The notes under the pieces were generated by a model. The model saw only the letters and a program-made list of their open reading frames with translations. It had not been told where the DNA came from and did no database searches. A DNA stretch of 63,954 bases, filler included, from Caldilineae bacterium (lineage in GTDB: Bacteria > Chloroflexota > Anaerolineae > DTLA01): assembly GCA_037446815.1 (NCBI GenBank). It is 10 parts of 10 records of this genome, joined end to end, with 100 filler letters (N's around TTAATTAATTAA, not from the genome) between each part and the next. Parts side by side here need not be neighbours in the genome. Positions count along the whole stretch, not along the records: positions 1 to 6,907 come from JBBIHX010000157.1; positions 7,008 to 13,743 come from JBBIHX010000160.1; 8 more parts are not named here. One strand, given 5' to 3'. Position numbers and translations under genes: made by a program. This document shows, piece by piece, positions 1-9,118 of the stretch (position 1 is the stretch's first letter; the number at the start of each line of letters is the position of its first letter).

Positions 1-104
1 CACCCCAGCCCTCTCCCGAAGGGCGAGGGCGTATCGCCTTCCGCTCAGCATGACAAAAGCGGGGGGCGGTGCTTGGGAACACCAATGCAAGACGGAACCG
101 AATC
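1..104. mobile_element. Partial MITE copy (type B cargo with BoxC-like insert), truncated at the window start
   Basis: Ends in ACCAATGCAAGACGGAACCGAATC (TIR variant); interior matches the 22097-22270 copy. Confidence 0.7.
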
Positions 105-113
105 GGGGCGCGA

Positions 114-263
114 GACTCGGTTCCAAACTGTGTTGGTGAAGCGCAGACACACTCTCCTCACGTGTCATTGCGAGCGAAGCGAAGCAATCGCACGTCCCGG
201 AGATTGCTTCGGGCGCTCCGCGCCCTCGCAATGACAGTCACCAACAGACTCTGGAACCGAGTC
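114..263. mobile_element. 150-bp MITE (type A cargo, GTCATTGCGAG palindrome)
   Basis: 26-bp TIRs GACTCGGTTCCA(a/g)A(c/g)T(g/c)TGTTGGTGA, 23/26 match; perfect 8-bp direct repeat GGGCGCGA at 106-113 and 264-271. Confidence 0.85.
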
Positions 264-278
264 GGGCGCGAACCCCAT

Positions 279-307
279 TTGCTCACGACCTATCCTCGTC
301 GTATAAT
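279..307 (+). promoter_or_regulatory. sigma70-type promoter for rseP
   Basis: TTGCTC-17 bp-TATAAT upstream of ATG 357. Confidence 0.65.
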
Positions 308-356
308 AGGGCACAGATGCGCCGGCCCACCGGCCCGGGCGCAGGAAAGGGAATGT

Positions 357-1445
357 ATGCTCACGATAGTGGTCCCGTTGCTGGTCTTGAGCGCGCTGAT
401 GATCGCCCACGAGTTGGGGCACTTCGTCGCGGCAAGACTGGCGAAGATTCGGGTTGAGGAGTTCGGGCTTGGGTTCCCGCCGCGCATTCTGCGGGTGGCC
501 AAGCGCGGCGAAACAGAATACACCATCAACGCCATCCCGTTTGGCGCGTTCGTGCGCATGGCGGGCGAGAACGAGCCCGGCGTGGAGGGCGGGTTCGCCG
601 ACAAGAGCAAGCGGGCGCGGATCGCCGTACTGGCCGCCGGGCCGCTGATGAACCTGCTCATGGCGGCGGTGTTCTTCGCCTTCGCCTACATGAGCGGCTG
701 GCCGACGGTGGCCGAGACCAAGCACGCCATGGTGCTCCGCGTGGAGAGCGGTTCCCCCGCGCAGAGCGTCGGTATCCAGGCGGGGGACGTCATTATCCAG
801 GTGGACGGCATAGAGGTAGACAGCGCGGCCAGTTTCTCGCGCTACGTCAGCCAGAAGGCCGGGCAGGAGATTGTCCTGACCATCCGCCGCGGCGTGGGAT
901 ACTTGCAGGTGCGCGTGGTGCCGCGGATTCCGGTTCCGCCGTACCAGGGCGCGCTTGGGGTGAGCATCACAGAGGAGACGACGCGCGTCGCATTGGAGTA
1001 CTCGCCGCCGCTGGAGGCGTTGTACCTGGGGGGGCGGGAAGTGGTGAACACGCTGGCCTTCACGGTGAGCCTGCCGGCGCTCCTGCTTCGGGAGGGGCTG
1101 GATCCGAGCCTGGCGCGGCCTGTGGGGCCGGTGGGCATCTTCCAAATCACGGGGTCCGCCGCCACACAGACAGCGCAGACCGGCTGGTGGTTCCCCATCC
1201 TGCGCCTCATCGGCGTCCTCGGTGTGGCGCTGGGACTGACGAACCTGTTGCCGCTGCCGGCGCTGGACGGCGGGCGGATGCTGTTCATCGTCATTGAGGC
1301 CATCCGCGGCAAGCGGGTGGACCCGCAGAAAGAAGGCTTCGTGCACTGGATCGGCCTGGTGATGCTGGTGCTGGTGATGATCCTCATCACGTACCAGGAC
1401 ATCGTGTCGCCGGTGCCGCAATTCCAGATTCCCAATCCATTCTGA
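357..1445 (+). CDS. rseP: RIP metalloprotease RseP (M50 family, PDZ domain)
   Basis: HELGH zinc motif, AGPLMN, PDZ region, NLLPLPALDGG motif; start moved to ATG 357. Confidence 0.93.
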   Translation: MLTIVVPLLVLSALMIAHELGHFVAARLAKIRVEEFGLGFPPRILRVAKRGETEYTINAIPFGAFVRMAGENEPGVEGGFADKSKRARIAVLAAGPLMNLLMAAVFFAFAYMSGWPTVAETKHAMVLRVESGSPAQSVGIQAGDVIIQVDGIEVDSAASFSRYVSQKAGQEIVLTIRRGVGYLQVRVVPRIPVPPYQGALGVSITEETTRVALEYSPPLEALYLGGREVVNTLAFTVSLPALLLREGLDPSLARPVGPVGIFQITGSAATQTAQTGWWFPILRLIGVLGVALGLTNLLPLPALDGGRMLFIVIEAIRGKRVDPQKEGFVHWIGLVMLVLVMILITYQDIVSPVPQFQIPNPF

Positions 1446-1461
1446 CGGTGAGAATCGGCGG

Positions 1462-1818
1462 ATGAAGTGCCCGGAATGCGGCGCGAAGGTCTCGCGCGAT
1501 AACGCCATCTGTCCAAGTTGCGGCGCGCCGTTGCGCGGGCGCGTGTCCACGGTGCGGTGCCGTATCTGTGGGGCGCGAGTGCCCAGAGGCGTGCACATCT
1601 GCCCCCAGTGCGGGCGCCCGCCGACGTTGCGGGGCCGGTTGGGGTTGCTTGCGGTGTCCATCGTGTTGGGGATCGCCCTGGGCGTCGGCGCGTACATTGC
1701 GGGCCTTGGCTACATGCCCAATCTGCGCTATCGCCTTGGCGTCCTGCTCATCCAGGAGTCGGGGATGAGCGCGGACCCAACGCCGAGCCTCACGCCACAG
1801 GCCACGCCTGGGCCGTGA
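1462..1818 (+). CDS. Double zinc-ribbon membrane protein
   Basis: Four CxxC pairs followed by a TM helix. Confidence 0.75.
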   Translation: MKCPECGAKVSRDNAICPSCGAPLRGRVSTVRCRICGARVPRGVHICPQCGRPPTLRGRLGLLAVSIVLGIALGVGAYIAGLGYMPNLRYRLGVLLIQESGMSADPTPSLTPQATPGP

Positions 1819-1864
1819 GCGGGGCGTCCGGCAGACCGGTTCTGTTCGGGGAGATGCTGGGTAG

Positions 1865-2545
1865 ATGAGACGAATGCTCTTGGTTGCTACGTTGGTGGCA
1901 GTGATCGCCGCGCTGACGTTCACCGCGGTTGTCGCGTTGGCTCAGGGCGGGCAGGCCGTCATCGCGTCGCCGCGCGGGCCTGTGGTTGTGCGCGGAAGCG
2001 TTCTCATCAGCGGGACCGCGATGCATCCGGAGTTCTCCTTCTACAAGGTGGAGTACGCTCCTGGCGCAAACCCGCGCGACGACCAGTGGATTCTCATCGG
2101 CTCTACCCACACCACGCCGGTGCAGAATGGCTTGCTGGAGACCTGGCACACCCAGGGCCTGGTTCCGGATGGGACCTACTCACTGCGGCTGCGGGTGGTG
2201 CGGCGCGACGGCAACTTTGACGAGGACATTGTGCGGCAGATCACCGTGGCCAACGCCGTGCCCACAGAGACCCCCACGCCGGCGGCAACTCCCACGGCGA
2301 CAAAGACTTCCACCCCGCTCCCGCCCACGCCCACCATCGTGATTGAGGTGCCCGTGGTGGTTACGCCGGAACCCCCGACGCCCGCGCCAGACGTGCGGCC
2401 CACGCCGTCATCCGCCGCGTCGTTCAGCCTGGACCGCATTGTGTCGTCCATGTGCTGGGGCGGCGGCATCGCGTTGGGTCTCTTCCTGCTGGTGGGGTTC
2501 TTGGCCCTGGTTCGGCAGTTGTATCGCCTGATTGCGGAGCGTTGA
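1865..2545 (+). CDS. Secreted Ig-like domain protein with Pro/Thr linker and C-terminal membrane anchor
   Basis: Signal peptide, beta-rich domain, TPTP linker, C-terminal TM plus basic tail. Confidence 0.8.
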   Translation: MRRMLLVATLVAVIAALTFTAVVALAQGGQAVIASPRGPVVVRGSVLISGTAMHPEFSFYKVEYAPGANPRDDQWILIGSTHTTPVQNGLLETWHTQGLVPDGTYSLRLRVVRRDGNFDEDIVRQITVANAVPTETPTPAATPTATKTSTPLPPTPTIVIEVPVVVTPEPPTPAPDVRPTPSSAASFSLDRIVSSMCWGGGIALGLFLLVGFLALVRQLYRLIAER

Positions 2546-2613
2546 GGCCTCGCGTGCGCCTCCCTGCGTTTTGGCATCGGGTTTGGGGCAGTTTCACACA
2601 AGGGCGCGACGAC

Positions 2614-3195
2614 ATGGCATCGGAACGACGGGTGTACCTCATCGTCGGGTTAGGGAATCCAGGCCCACGGTATGCTAAGAATCGGCATAACGTGGGCTTT
2701 CAGATTGTGGAGCGCCTCGCGGCCCGCGCGGGAGTTACGTTTGCCAATCATCCGGGCAAGGCGCTGGCGTGCCGCGCAACCCTGGCCGGCGTGCCGGTGG
2801 TGCTGGCGAAGCCGCAGACGTTCATGAACCTGAGCGGCGGCTCCGTGGCGGCGCTGGTGCACTGGTATCACGTGGACCCCCTCAAGAACCTCCTCGTGGT
2901 GTACGACGACCTGGACCTTCCGCTGGGGAAGATTCGGCTGCGACCGACCGGGAGCGCGGGCGGCCACAAGGGGCTGGCGTCCATCATAGAGCATCTACGC
3001 ACGCAGAACTTCGCGCGCCTGCGGGTGGGCATCGGCAGGCCAGCCTACGGGGAGCCCCATCGCTACGTGCTGGAAGACTTCACCCCCGACGAATGGGTAA
3101 TTATGGATGCGGCGCAGGAACGGGCAGCCGACGCGGTGGAGTGCTTCCTCGCCGAAGGGTTGACGGCGGCGATGAACCGCTTCAACGGGGATTGA
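2614..3195 (+). CDS. pth: Peptidyl-tRNA hydrolase
   Basis: LIVGLGNPG, RHNVGF, KPQTFMNLSG, DDLDL, GGHKG motifs. Confidence 0.96.
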   Translation: MASERRVYLIVGLGNPGPRYAKNRHNVGFQIVERLAARAGVTFANHPGKALACRATLAGVPVVLAKPQTFMNLSGGSVAALVHWYHVDPLKNLLVVYDDLDLPLGKIRLRPTGSAGGHKGLASIIEHLRTQNFARLRVGIGRPAYGEPHRYVLEDFTPDEWVIMDAAQERAADAVECFLAEGLTAAMNRFNGD

Positions 3196-3196
3196 C

Positions 3197-6100
3197 ATGA
3201 ACCTCGCAGGGCTTCTGCCGCTGCTGGAACGACAACCGTCCTTTGCGGATTTCCTCCAGCGGGTCGGGGAGGGGGCCGGAGCGCATTCGGCGGTTTACGC
3301 GGGGCTGACCCCTTCGGCCCGCGCGTTCCTCGCTGCCGCGCTGCGCCAGGGCACCCGCCGCCCGCTGCTGTTGGTCGCGCCGCGGGCCGACCGTGCGCGC
3401 GCGCTGGCCGACCAGGTGCGCGTGTACCTGGGCGACGCCCTGGCGGTGCGCGTCTTCGCCGAGCCGGACCCTTTGCCCTACGAGCGCGTCCCGTGGTCGG
3501 TGGAGACGGTCCGCGAGCGGCTGGCGACGCTGGAGGCGCTGACTCCGCCGCCGAGCCTGGCGCTGCGTCAGGATGGGGGCGGCGCGCCCGTTGTGGTCGC
3601 CTCGGTGCGCGCCCTTCAGTCCATGACCATCCCCCCGCGCGAATTCCGCGCCCGCGACCGCACCGTGCGCGCAGGGCAGCGCGTGTCCCCTCGGTCGCTG
3701 GCGCAGTTCCTCGTGGAGGCGGGCTACGAGCCGTCGCTGGTTGTGGATACGCCTGGGACCTTCGGCCTGCGCGGCGGCATCCTGGACATCTTCCCGCCCC
3801 AGGCTGCCTACCCCGTGCGGCTGGAATTCTGGGGCGACGAGATTGACTCGCTGCGCCTGTACGATCCCGCGACGCAGCGCTCGCTGGAGCGTGTGGAGCA
3901 TGTGCGGGTGATTCCCGCGAGCGAGGTGCTGCCCGAACCGGCGCGATTGGCTCCGCCGCGCCTGGCGTGGGACTTCTCCAACTGCCACGGGGCGGCGCTG
4001 GAAGAGATTCAGGGCGAATTGTCGCGCCTGGCCGAGGGGGTGCGGTTCCGAGGCGCGGAGTTCTATCTCCCGTTCGCGTATTCGTCGCCCGCCGGTTTGT
4101 CCCACTACCTGCCGCCCGATACGCTGGTGGTGGCCGAGGATTGGCAAGAGGTGGAGGCCGCCGCTGCGGAGGGCGAGGAACAGGCCGAGGCGCTGCGGGC
4201 GCAGTTGGAAGCGGGCGGGGACCTGCCCGGAGGCGTGGCGCGGCCCTACTTCGCCTGGGCCGAGATTGAGGCGCAACTGGCCCGATTCGCGCGCCTTGGC
4301 CTGGGTTGGCCGCCCGGCGACTCCGCCGAGCCGCACGCGGTGGGCGCGCTCGTTACCCCGGCGACCCACTACGGCGGGCAACTGCGCGCCGCGCTGGACG
4401 GCGTGGCCCAGGCCGCGGAGGAGGGGCGACGGGTCGTGATCGTGTCGCGGCAGGCGCACCGCCTGGCTTCGCTCTTGGAGCCGTATCGGGTGGATGCGGC
4501 GCTGCGCGACGATGTGCCCGCGCCGCCCGATGCCGCCGTTACGCTCGTCCAGGGGATGCTGGAAGGCGGGTGGGCGCTGCGGCCATCCCCCGANNNNNNN
4601 NNNNNNNNNNNNNNNNNNNNNNNNNNNNNNNNNNNNNNNNNNNNNNNNNNNNNNNNNNNNNNNNNNNNNNNNNNNNNNNNNNNNNNNNNNNNNCCACCGG
4701 CGTTGAGCCGCCTGGGCACCGCCGACTGGGCCCTGGTCAAGGCGAGGGCCAAGCGCGCCGTTTCCAACATCGCCAAGGAGTTGCTGGAACTGTATTCGGC
4801 GCGGCAGGTGGTGCCCGGCCATGCCTTCTCGCCCGACACGGCGTGGCAGGCCGACCTGGAGGCGGCATTCCCCTACGTGGAGACCGAAGACCAACTGAAC
4901 GCCGTGCGCGCGGTCAAGGCCGACATGGAGCGGCCCTACCCCATGGATCGCCTCATCTGCGGCGATGTGGGCTACGGCAAGACCGAGGTGGCGTTGCGGG
5001 CGGCGTTCAAGGCGGTGATGGACGGCAAGCAGGTGGCGGTGCTCGTCCCCACCACGGTGCTGGCGCAGCAACACTACGAGACCTTCCGCGAGCGGATGAA
5101 GCCGTTTCCCGTGGAGGTGGAGATGCTGTCCCGCTTCCGCACCAAGCGCGAGCAGCAGCAGGTCATAGAGCGCCTGGCAACCGGCCGCGTGGACATCGTC
5201 ATCGGCACGCATCGCCTCTTGCAGAAGGACGTGCAGTTCAAAGACCTGGGGCTGCTCATCGTGGACGAGGAGCAGCGGTTTGGCGTGGCCCACAAGGAGT
5301 GGCTGAAGCAGAAGCGGCGCGAGGTGGACGTGCTCACCCTCACGGCGACGCCCATCCCCCGCACGCTGTACATGTCGCTGACCGGCGCGCGCGACATGAG
5401 CACCATTGACACCCCGCCGGAGGATCGCCTTCCCATCAAGACCTACGTGGGCGAATACGACGAGTCGCTCATCCGCCGGGCTATCTTGCGCGAACTGAAC
5501 CGCGGCGGCCAGGTGTTCTTTGTGCACAACCGCGTGCAGGGCATCCAACAGATTGCGCAACGGGTGGCGCGCCTGGTGCCCGAGGCCGCGGTGGGCGTGG
5601 GGCACGGCCAGATGGACGAAGCGGAGTTGGAGCGGGTGATGCTGGATTTCGCCGCCGGCAAGTTGGACGTCCTGGTGTGCACCTCCATCATAGAGAGCGG
5701 GCTGGACATTCCAAACGCCAATACGATCATCATCAATCGCGCGGATCGGTTTGGCCTGGCGCAGTTGTACCAGTTGCGGGGGCGGGTGGGCCGGAGCACC
5801 CAACGGGCCTACGCCTACCTGCTGTACCCGCGCCACCAACCGCTGAGCGCCATCGCCCGCAAGCGCCTGGACACCATCATGGAGGCCAGCGAACTGGGCG
5901 CGGGGTTCCGCATCGCCATGCGCGACCTGGAGATTCGCGGCGCGGGCGAGTTGCTGGGCGCGCGGCAGCATGGGCACATCAGCGCCGTGGGGTTTGACCT
6001 GTACTGCCGCCTGCTGGCCCAGGCGGTGCGCGAACTCAAGGGCGAGAGCCCTCCGCGGGTGCTGGACGAGGCGGCGCTCTACGTGAGGCCGCTCCAGTCA

Positions 6101-6559
6101 GCGACGCAGTTGAACCTGCCCATGGCGGCCTATCTGCCCGAGTCGTACATCGTGGACGAGGCGATGCGCCTGCAACTGTACCGCCGATTCGCGGGCGCGG
6201 GGCCGCTGGAGGACCTGGACCGCCTGGCGCAGGAGATGGAGGACCGCTTCGGCCCCATGCCGCCCGAGGCGCAGAACCTGCTGTACCTGATGCGCGTCAA
6301 GGCGCTGGCGACGCGCTGCGACGTCCGCGCCATCGGGCAGGAGGCGGAGCAGATCGTGGTGCGGGCGGGCTGGCTGTACGAGGCGCCGGAAGCCGACTTG
6401 CGCCAACACCTTCCGTCAGGGGCGCGGCTGGGGCGCGGCCAGGTGTGGATCGCGCTGGACGACGCGTGGCGCGACACGCTGGAGCGGACGCTGGTGGCGC
6501 TGAACGAGGCGTTCGCCGCGCTGCCGCGGGCGGTTACGGAGCCGAAAAGGGAACGGTAG
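3197..6559 (+). CDS. mfd: Transcription-repair coupling factor, interrupted by a 100-N gap at 4594-4693
   Basis: [44 protein letters not shown] motifs; the RID/CarD region is apparently lost in the gap. Confidence 0.95.
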   Translation: MNLAGLLPLLERQPSFADFLQRVGEGAGAHSAVYAGLTPSARAFLAAALRQGTRRPLLLVAPRADRARALADQVRVYLGDALAVRVFAEPDPLPYERVPWSVETVRERLATLEALTPPPSLALRQDGGGAPVVVASVRALQSMTIPPREFRARDRTVRAGQRVSPRSLAQFLVEAGYEPSLVVDTPGTFGLRGGILDIFPPQAAYPVRLEFWGDEIDSLRLYDPATQRSLERVEHVRVIPASEVLPEPARLAPPRLAWDFSNCHGAALEEIQGELSRLAEGVRFRGAEFYLPFAYSSPAGLSHYLPPDTLVVAEDWQEVEAAAAEGEEQAEALRAQLEAGGDLPGGVARPYFAWAEIEAQLARFARLGLGWPPGDSAEPHAVGALVTPATHYGGQLRAALDGVAQAAEEGRRVVIVSRQAHRLASLLEPYRVDAALRDDVPAPPDAAVTLVQGMLEGGWALRPSPXXXXXXXXXXXXXXXXXXXXXXXXXXXXXXXXXXPPALSRLGTADWALVKARAKRAVSNIAKELLELYSARQVVPGHAFSPDTAWQADLEAAFPYVETEDQLNAVRAVKADMERPYPMDRLICGDVGYGKTEVALRAAFKAVMDGKQVAVLVPTTVLAQQHYETFRERMKPFPVEVEMLSRFRTKREQQQVIERLATGRVDIVIGTHRLLQKDVQFKDLGLLIVDEEQRFGVAHKEWLKQKRREVDVLTLTATPIPRTLYMSLTGARDMSTIDTPPEDRLPIKTYVGEYDESLIRRAILRELNRGGQVFFVHNRVQGIQQIAQRVARLVPEAAVGVGHGQMDEAELERVMLDFAAGKLDVLVCTSIIESGLDIPNANTIIINRADRFGLAQLYQLRGRVGRSTQRAYAYLLYPRHQPLSAIARKRLDTIMEASELGAGFRIAMRDLEIRGAGELLGARQHGHISAVGFDLYCRLLAQAVRELKGESPPRVLDEAALYVRPLQSATQLNLPMAAYLPESYIVDEAMRLQLYRRFAGAGPLEDLDRLAQEMEDRFGPMPPEAQNLLYLMRVKALATRCDVRAIGQEAEQIVVRAGWLYEAPEADLRQHLPSGARLGRGQVWIALDDAWRDTLERTLVALNEAFAALPRAVTEPKRER

Positions 6560-6599
6560 GGGGCTTCCGCGCGGCGGGCCGGTGCACAAATGCACAGGG

Positions 6600-6880
6600 C
6601 ATCGCGCCTGATGGCGGCAGGAGATTCTTCGCGGCCTCGCGCCTCAGAATGGCAGGAGAACGTGCGACGCACCTCCGAGGTGCGTCGCACGTTGTCGCCC
6701 CACGTGTCATTGCGAGCGAAGCGAGGCAATCTCACGCCCCGGCGATTGCTTCGGGCACTACGTGCCCTCGCAATGACGGGTGGGCAGACTTCCTCGCCCG
6801 TCGGGAGAGGGCTGGGGTGAGGGGCACGCTCCCTCGCACGTTGTCCCCCATCTGTCATTGCGAGCGAAGCGAAGCATCTA
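6600..6880. repeat. Mosaic cluster of palindromic repeats (type B half, 35-bp palindrome, type A, BoxC-like)
   Basis: AACGTGCGACGCACCTCCGAGGTGCGTCGCACGTT at 6659-6693; GTCATTGCGAG..CTCGCAATGAC at 6706-6777; GGGAGAGGGGCTGGGGTGAGGG. Confidence 0.85.
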
Positions 6881-6907
6881 TGAGAGCGCTGCGCCTGTCA
6901 AATCAGA

Positions 6908-7007
6908 NNNNNNNNNNNNNNNNNNNNNNNNNNNNNNNNNNNNNNNNNNNNTTAATTAATTAANNNNNNNNNNNNNNNNNNNNNNNNNNNNNNNNNNNNN
7001 NNNNNNN
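6908..7007. other. Artificial contig linker (also at 13744-13843, 20511-20610, 27253-27352, 33922-34021, 40503-40602, 46828-46927, 53021-53120, 59210-59309)
   Basis: N-run, TTAATTAATTAA (stops in all six frames), N-run; contig lengths decrease along the window. Confidence 0.98.
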
Positions 7008-7151
7008 TTCCCTCTCCCCACGGGAGAGGGCTAGGGTGAGGGCGGCCTCCCTGCTGGGGATTTCTACGCAAAGGCGGGGCAAGACCCAGCCCCGCCGCAC
7101 CTACGGCCTCCTAACTGCATAACGTACAACCGCGTGTTCAGGTGCGCATCC

Positions 7152-8165
7152 CTACAGCCCCACGCCGTCTATGACCGCGCCGCAGTATTCGCATTTCCCG
7201 TCGCGCACATGCCGCTCCCGCACCGAGAACCCAAACCGCCCGATGACGCGCTTGCCGCAGTTCCAGCAGAATGTATTCTCCTCCCGCGCGCCCACCACGT
7301 TGCCGATGTACACGTAGCGCAGGCCCGCCTCCTTGCCGATGGCCCAGGCCCGCTCCAGGGTCTGCACCGGCGTGCTGCCCCGGTCCAGCATCTTGTACAT
7401 GGGGTGAAAGCGGCTCACATGCCAGGGCGTGTCCACGCCCAACTCCTGCGCGATGAACCCCGCCAGTTCGCGCAGTTCGCCCGGGTCGTCGTTGAGGTCG
7501 GGAATCACCAGCGTCGTGATCTCCACCCAGATGCCCTGCTGCTTCATCAGCCGCAGCGTATCCAGAACCGGCTGCAACCGCGCGCCGCACTGCTGGCGAT
7601 AGAACTCGTCGCGAAATGCCTTCAGGTCCACGTTGGCCGCGTCCAGGTACGGGTAGAACGCCTCCAGCATCTCCGCCGTCATGTAGCCGTTGGTAACGTA
7701 GTTGTTCGCCAGGCCGGCCCGCCGCGCCAGCACGGCAATGTCGCGCGTGTACTCAAAGAAGACCGTCGGCTCGGTGTACGTGTACGAGATGCTGCGGCAG
7801 CCGGTGGCCAGCGCATCCTCCACGATGTCCTCGGGCGGGACGTGCCGCCCCACAATGCGGCCTTGATCCCGCGGCATCTGCGAGATGTCGGCGTTCTGGC
7901 AGAAGCGGCAACGGAAATTGCACCCCACCGTCGCCACCGAGTATGACGTGGTTCCCGGATAGAAGTGAAATAGGGGCTTCTTCTCAATGGGGTCCACAGC
8001 CTGGGATATGGGCCGCGCATACACCAGCGAGTACAAGACACCGCCCCGGTTCTCTCGCACGCCGCAGATGCCCGTGTCGCCATCCCGAATGGCGCAGCGA
8101 TGCGCGCAAAGATGGCAGCGCACGCGCCCACCGTCCAACTTCTCGTACAGCCACGCCTCCTTCAT
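7152..8165 (-). CDS. amrS: AmmeMemoRadiSam system radical SAM enzyme
   Basis: N-terminal CHLCAHRC, DPIEKKPLFHF, CNFRCRFC (CxxxCxxC), YTYTEP, C-terminal CxxC pairs. Confidence 0.92.
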   Translation of the reverse strand: MKEAWLYEKLDGGRVRCHLCAHRCAIRDGDTGICGVRENRGGVLYSLVYARPISQAVDPIEKKPLFHFYPGTTSYSVATVGCNFRCRFCQNADISQMPRDQGRIVGRHVPPEDIVEDALATGCRSISYTYTEPTVFFEYTRDIAVLARRAGLANNYVTNGYMTAEMLEAFYPYLDAANVDLKAFRDEFYRQQCGARLQPVLDTLRLMKQQGIWVEITTLVIPDLNDDPGELRELAGFIAQELGVDTPWHVSRFHPMYKMLDRGSTPVQTLERAWAIGKEAGLRYVYIGNVVGAREENTFCWNCGKRVIGRFGFSVRERHVRDGKCEYCGAVIDGVGL

Positions 8166-8170
8166 CAGCC

Positions 8171-8644
8171 TCACCTCCCCAAGTCCAACCGCCACTCGCA
8201 GCCTTCGTCCGTCCTGCGAAACGAAACGGGCCGCGCCGATATGCCCCGCACGTGCAGAAGCGCCGCCAGCAGGCCAACGAGGACACACGGCGGCGCGGCA
8301 TCGGGCTGTTCCGCCCGCAGGCGGTCCACCACCTCCAGGCACGCGCACGCCCGAAAGGTGCACGTCAGGCCGCCTTCCGAACGGGTGAACCCGCACCCCT
8401 CCACCAGTCCTTGCGCCCGCAGCCAGTCGCCGAATGCGCCAACGACCTCCGCCTGGCTTCGCAACAACTCGGGGCTGGGCAAGCCCGCGGCGTCGGCCAG
8501 GCGGCGCCCCGCCGGGGAATCAAAGGCTGCCACGAGGGCCTGGGACAAGGCCGCCTGTGTCAGGGGCGGCTCGTTGTGCGCCGCCAAAGCGTACAACACG
8601 AACCCCAACAGACCGCGACATTCCCCCGGTACGCGCCCATCCAT
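8171..8644 (-). CDS. Hypothetical Cys-containing protein, possibly V4R/methanogen-output-like
   Basis: RBS GGAGG before ATG 8644; CTFRACAC..PPC..C pattern; abuts amrS. Confidence 0.55.
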   Translation of the reverse strand: MDGRVPGECRGLLGFVLYALAAHNEPPLTQAALSQALVAAFDSPAGRRLADAAGLPSPELLRSQAEVVGAFGDWLRAQGLVEGCGFTRSEGGLTCTFRACACLEVVDRLRAEQPDAAPPCVLVGLLAALLHVRGISARPVSFRRTDEGCEWRLDLGR

Positions 8645-8661
8645 CGCCACCTCCCGCGTTC

Positions 8662-8705
8662 TTGACACAACCGCACAATCCGGCTACAATACCCCTATGG
8701 GGTAT
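8662..8705 (+). promoter_or_regulatory. sigma70 promoter overlapped by a CsoR-type operator
   Basis: TTGACA-17 bp-TACAAT, overlapped by palindrome ATACCCC-TAT-GGGGTAT (8689-8705). Confidence 0.75.
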
Positions 8706-8860
8706 ATGGTCGCACCCATACGCGCGGCGCGCACGTGCCTGCGTTCGCGTCCAGTCCGAGCCGCGCCGATTCCCGTGCGAGCCCGCGCGTCATCTCGGGC
8801 GAAGCGAAGGCTTCTGGGGTTGCGACACGATCAAACCACCCTGGTATCGGAGGTACAATC

Positions 8861-9118
8861 ATGGACTTGTCGGATTCTCACACCCTCTCGCCCGAAGCGT
8901 TGCGCGAGGAACTCCAGAAGGCCCAGCGTGCGCTGGAAGACCTGGAGGAAGAGCGACTGCTCACCCTGGGCCAGACAGGCGTTCACATCGGCGCGAAGGA
9001 ACTCAACCGTTTGACCTCCTCGTTCGCGCGGGACGAAGCGCGCCTGCGGGCACGCATCCAGGAACTTGCCGCGCTTCTGGAGCAGCGCCAAGAGCAGCGC
9101 CAGGAGCAGCCGCAATGA
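8861..9118 (+). CDS. Small coiled-coil hypothetical protein
   Basis: GGAGG RBS, ATG 8861, heptad-rich; overlaps the next ORF by ATGA. Confidence 0.7.
   Translation: MDLSDSHTLSPEALREELQKAQRALEDLEEERLLTLGQTGVHIGAKELNRLTSSFARDEARLRARIQELAALLEQRQEQRQEQPQ

Noticed and set aside
69..356. N-terminal extension of RseP and other ORFs translating SLRAKRSN/RRLLRALRALAMT
   Set aside because: These are translations of the MITE or palindromes; a promoter and better start lie downstream
4594..4693. Mfd apparently lacking its RNAP-interacting domain
   Set aside because: The missing part coincides with a 100-N scaffold gap
3182..5977. Long antisense ORFs (also 27439-29649, 21846-23702, 56289-58847 and others)
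   Set aside because: Shadow ORFs of high-GC genes, with no recognisable motifs
6908..7007. Recurrent TTAATTAATTAA within N runs
   Set aside because: Artificial contig linker; adjacencies across it carry no biological meaning
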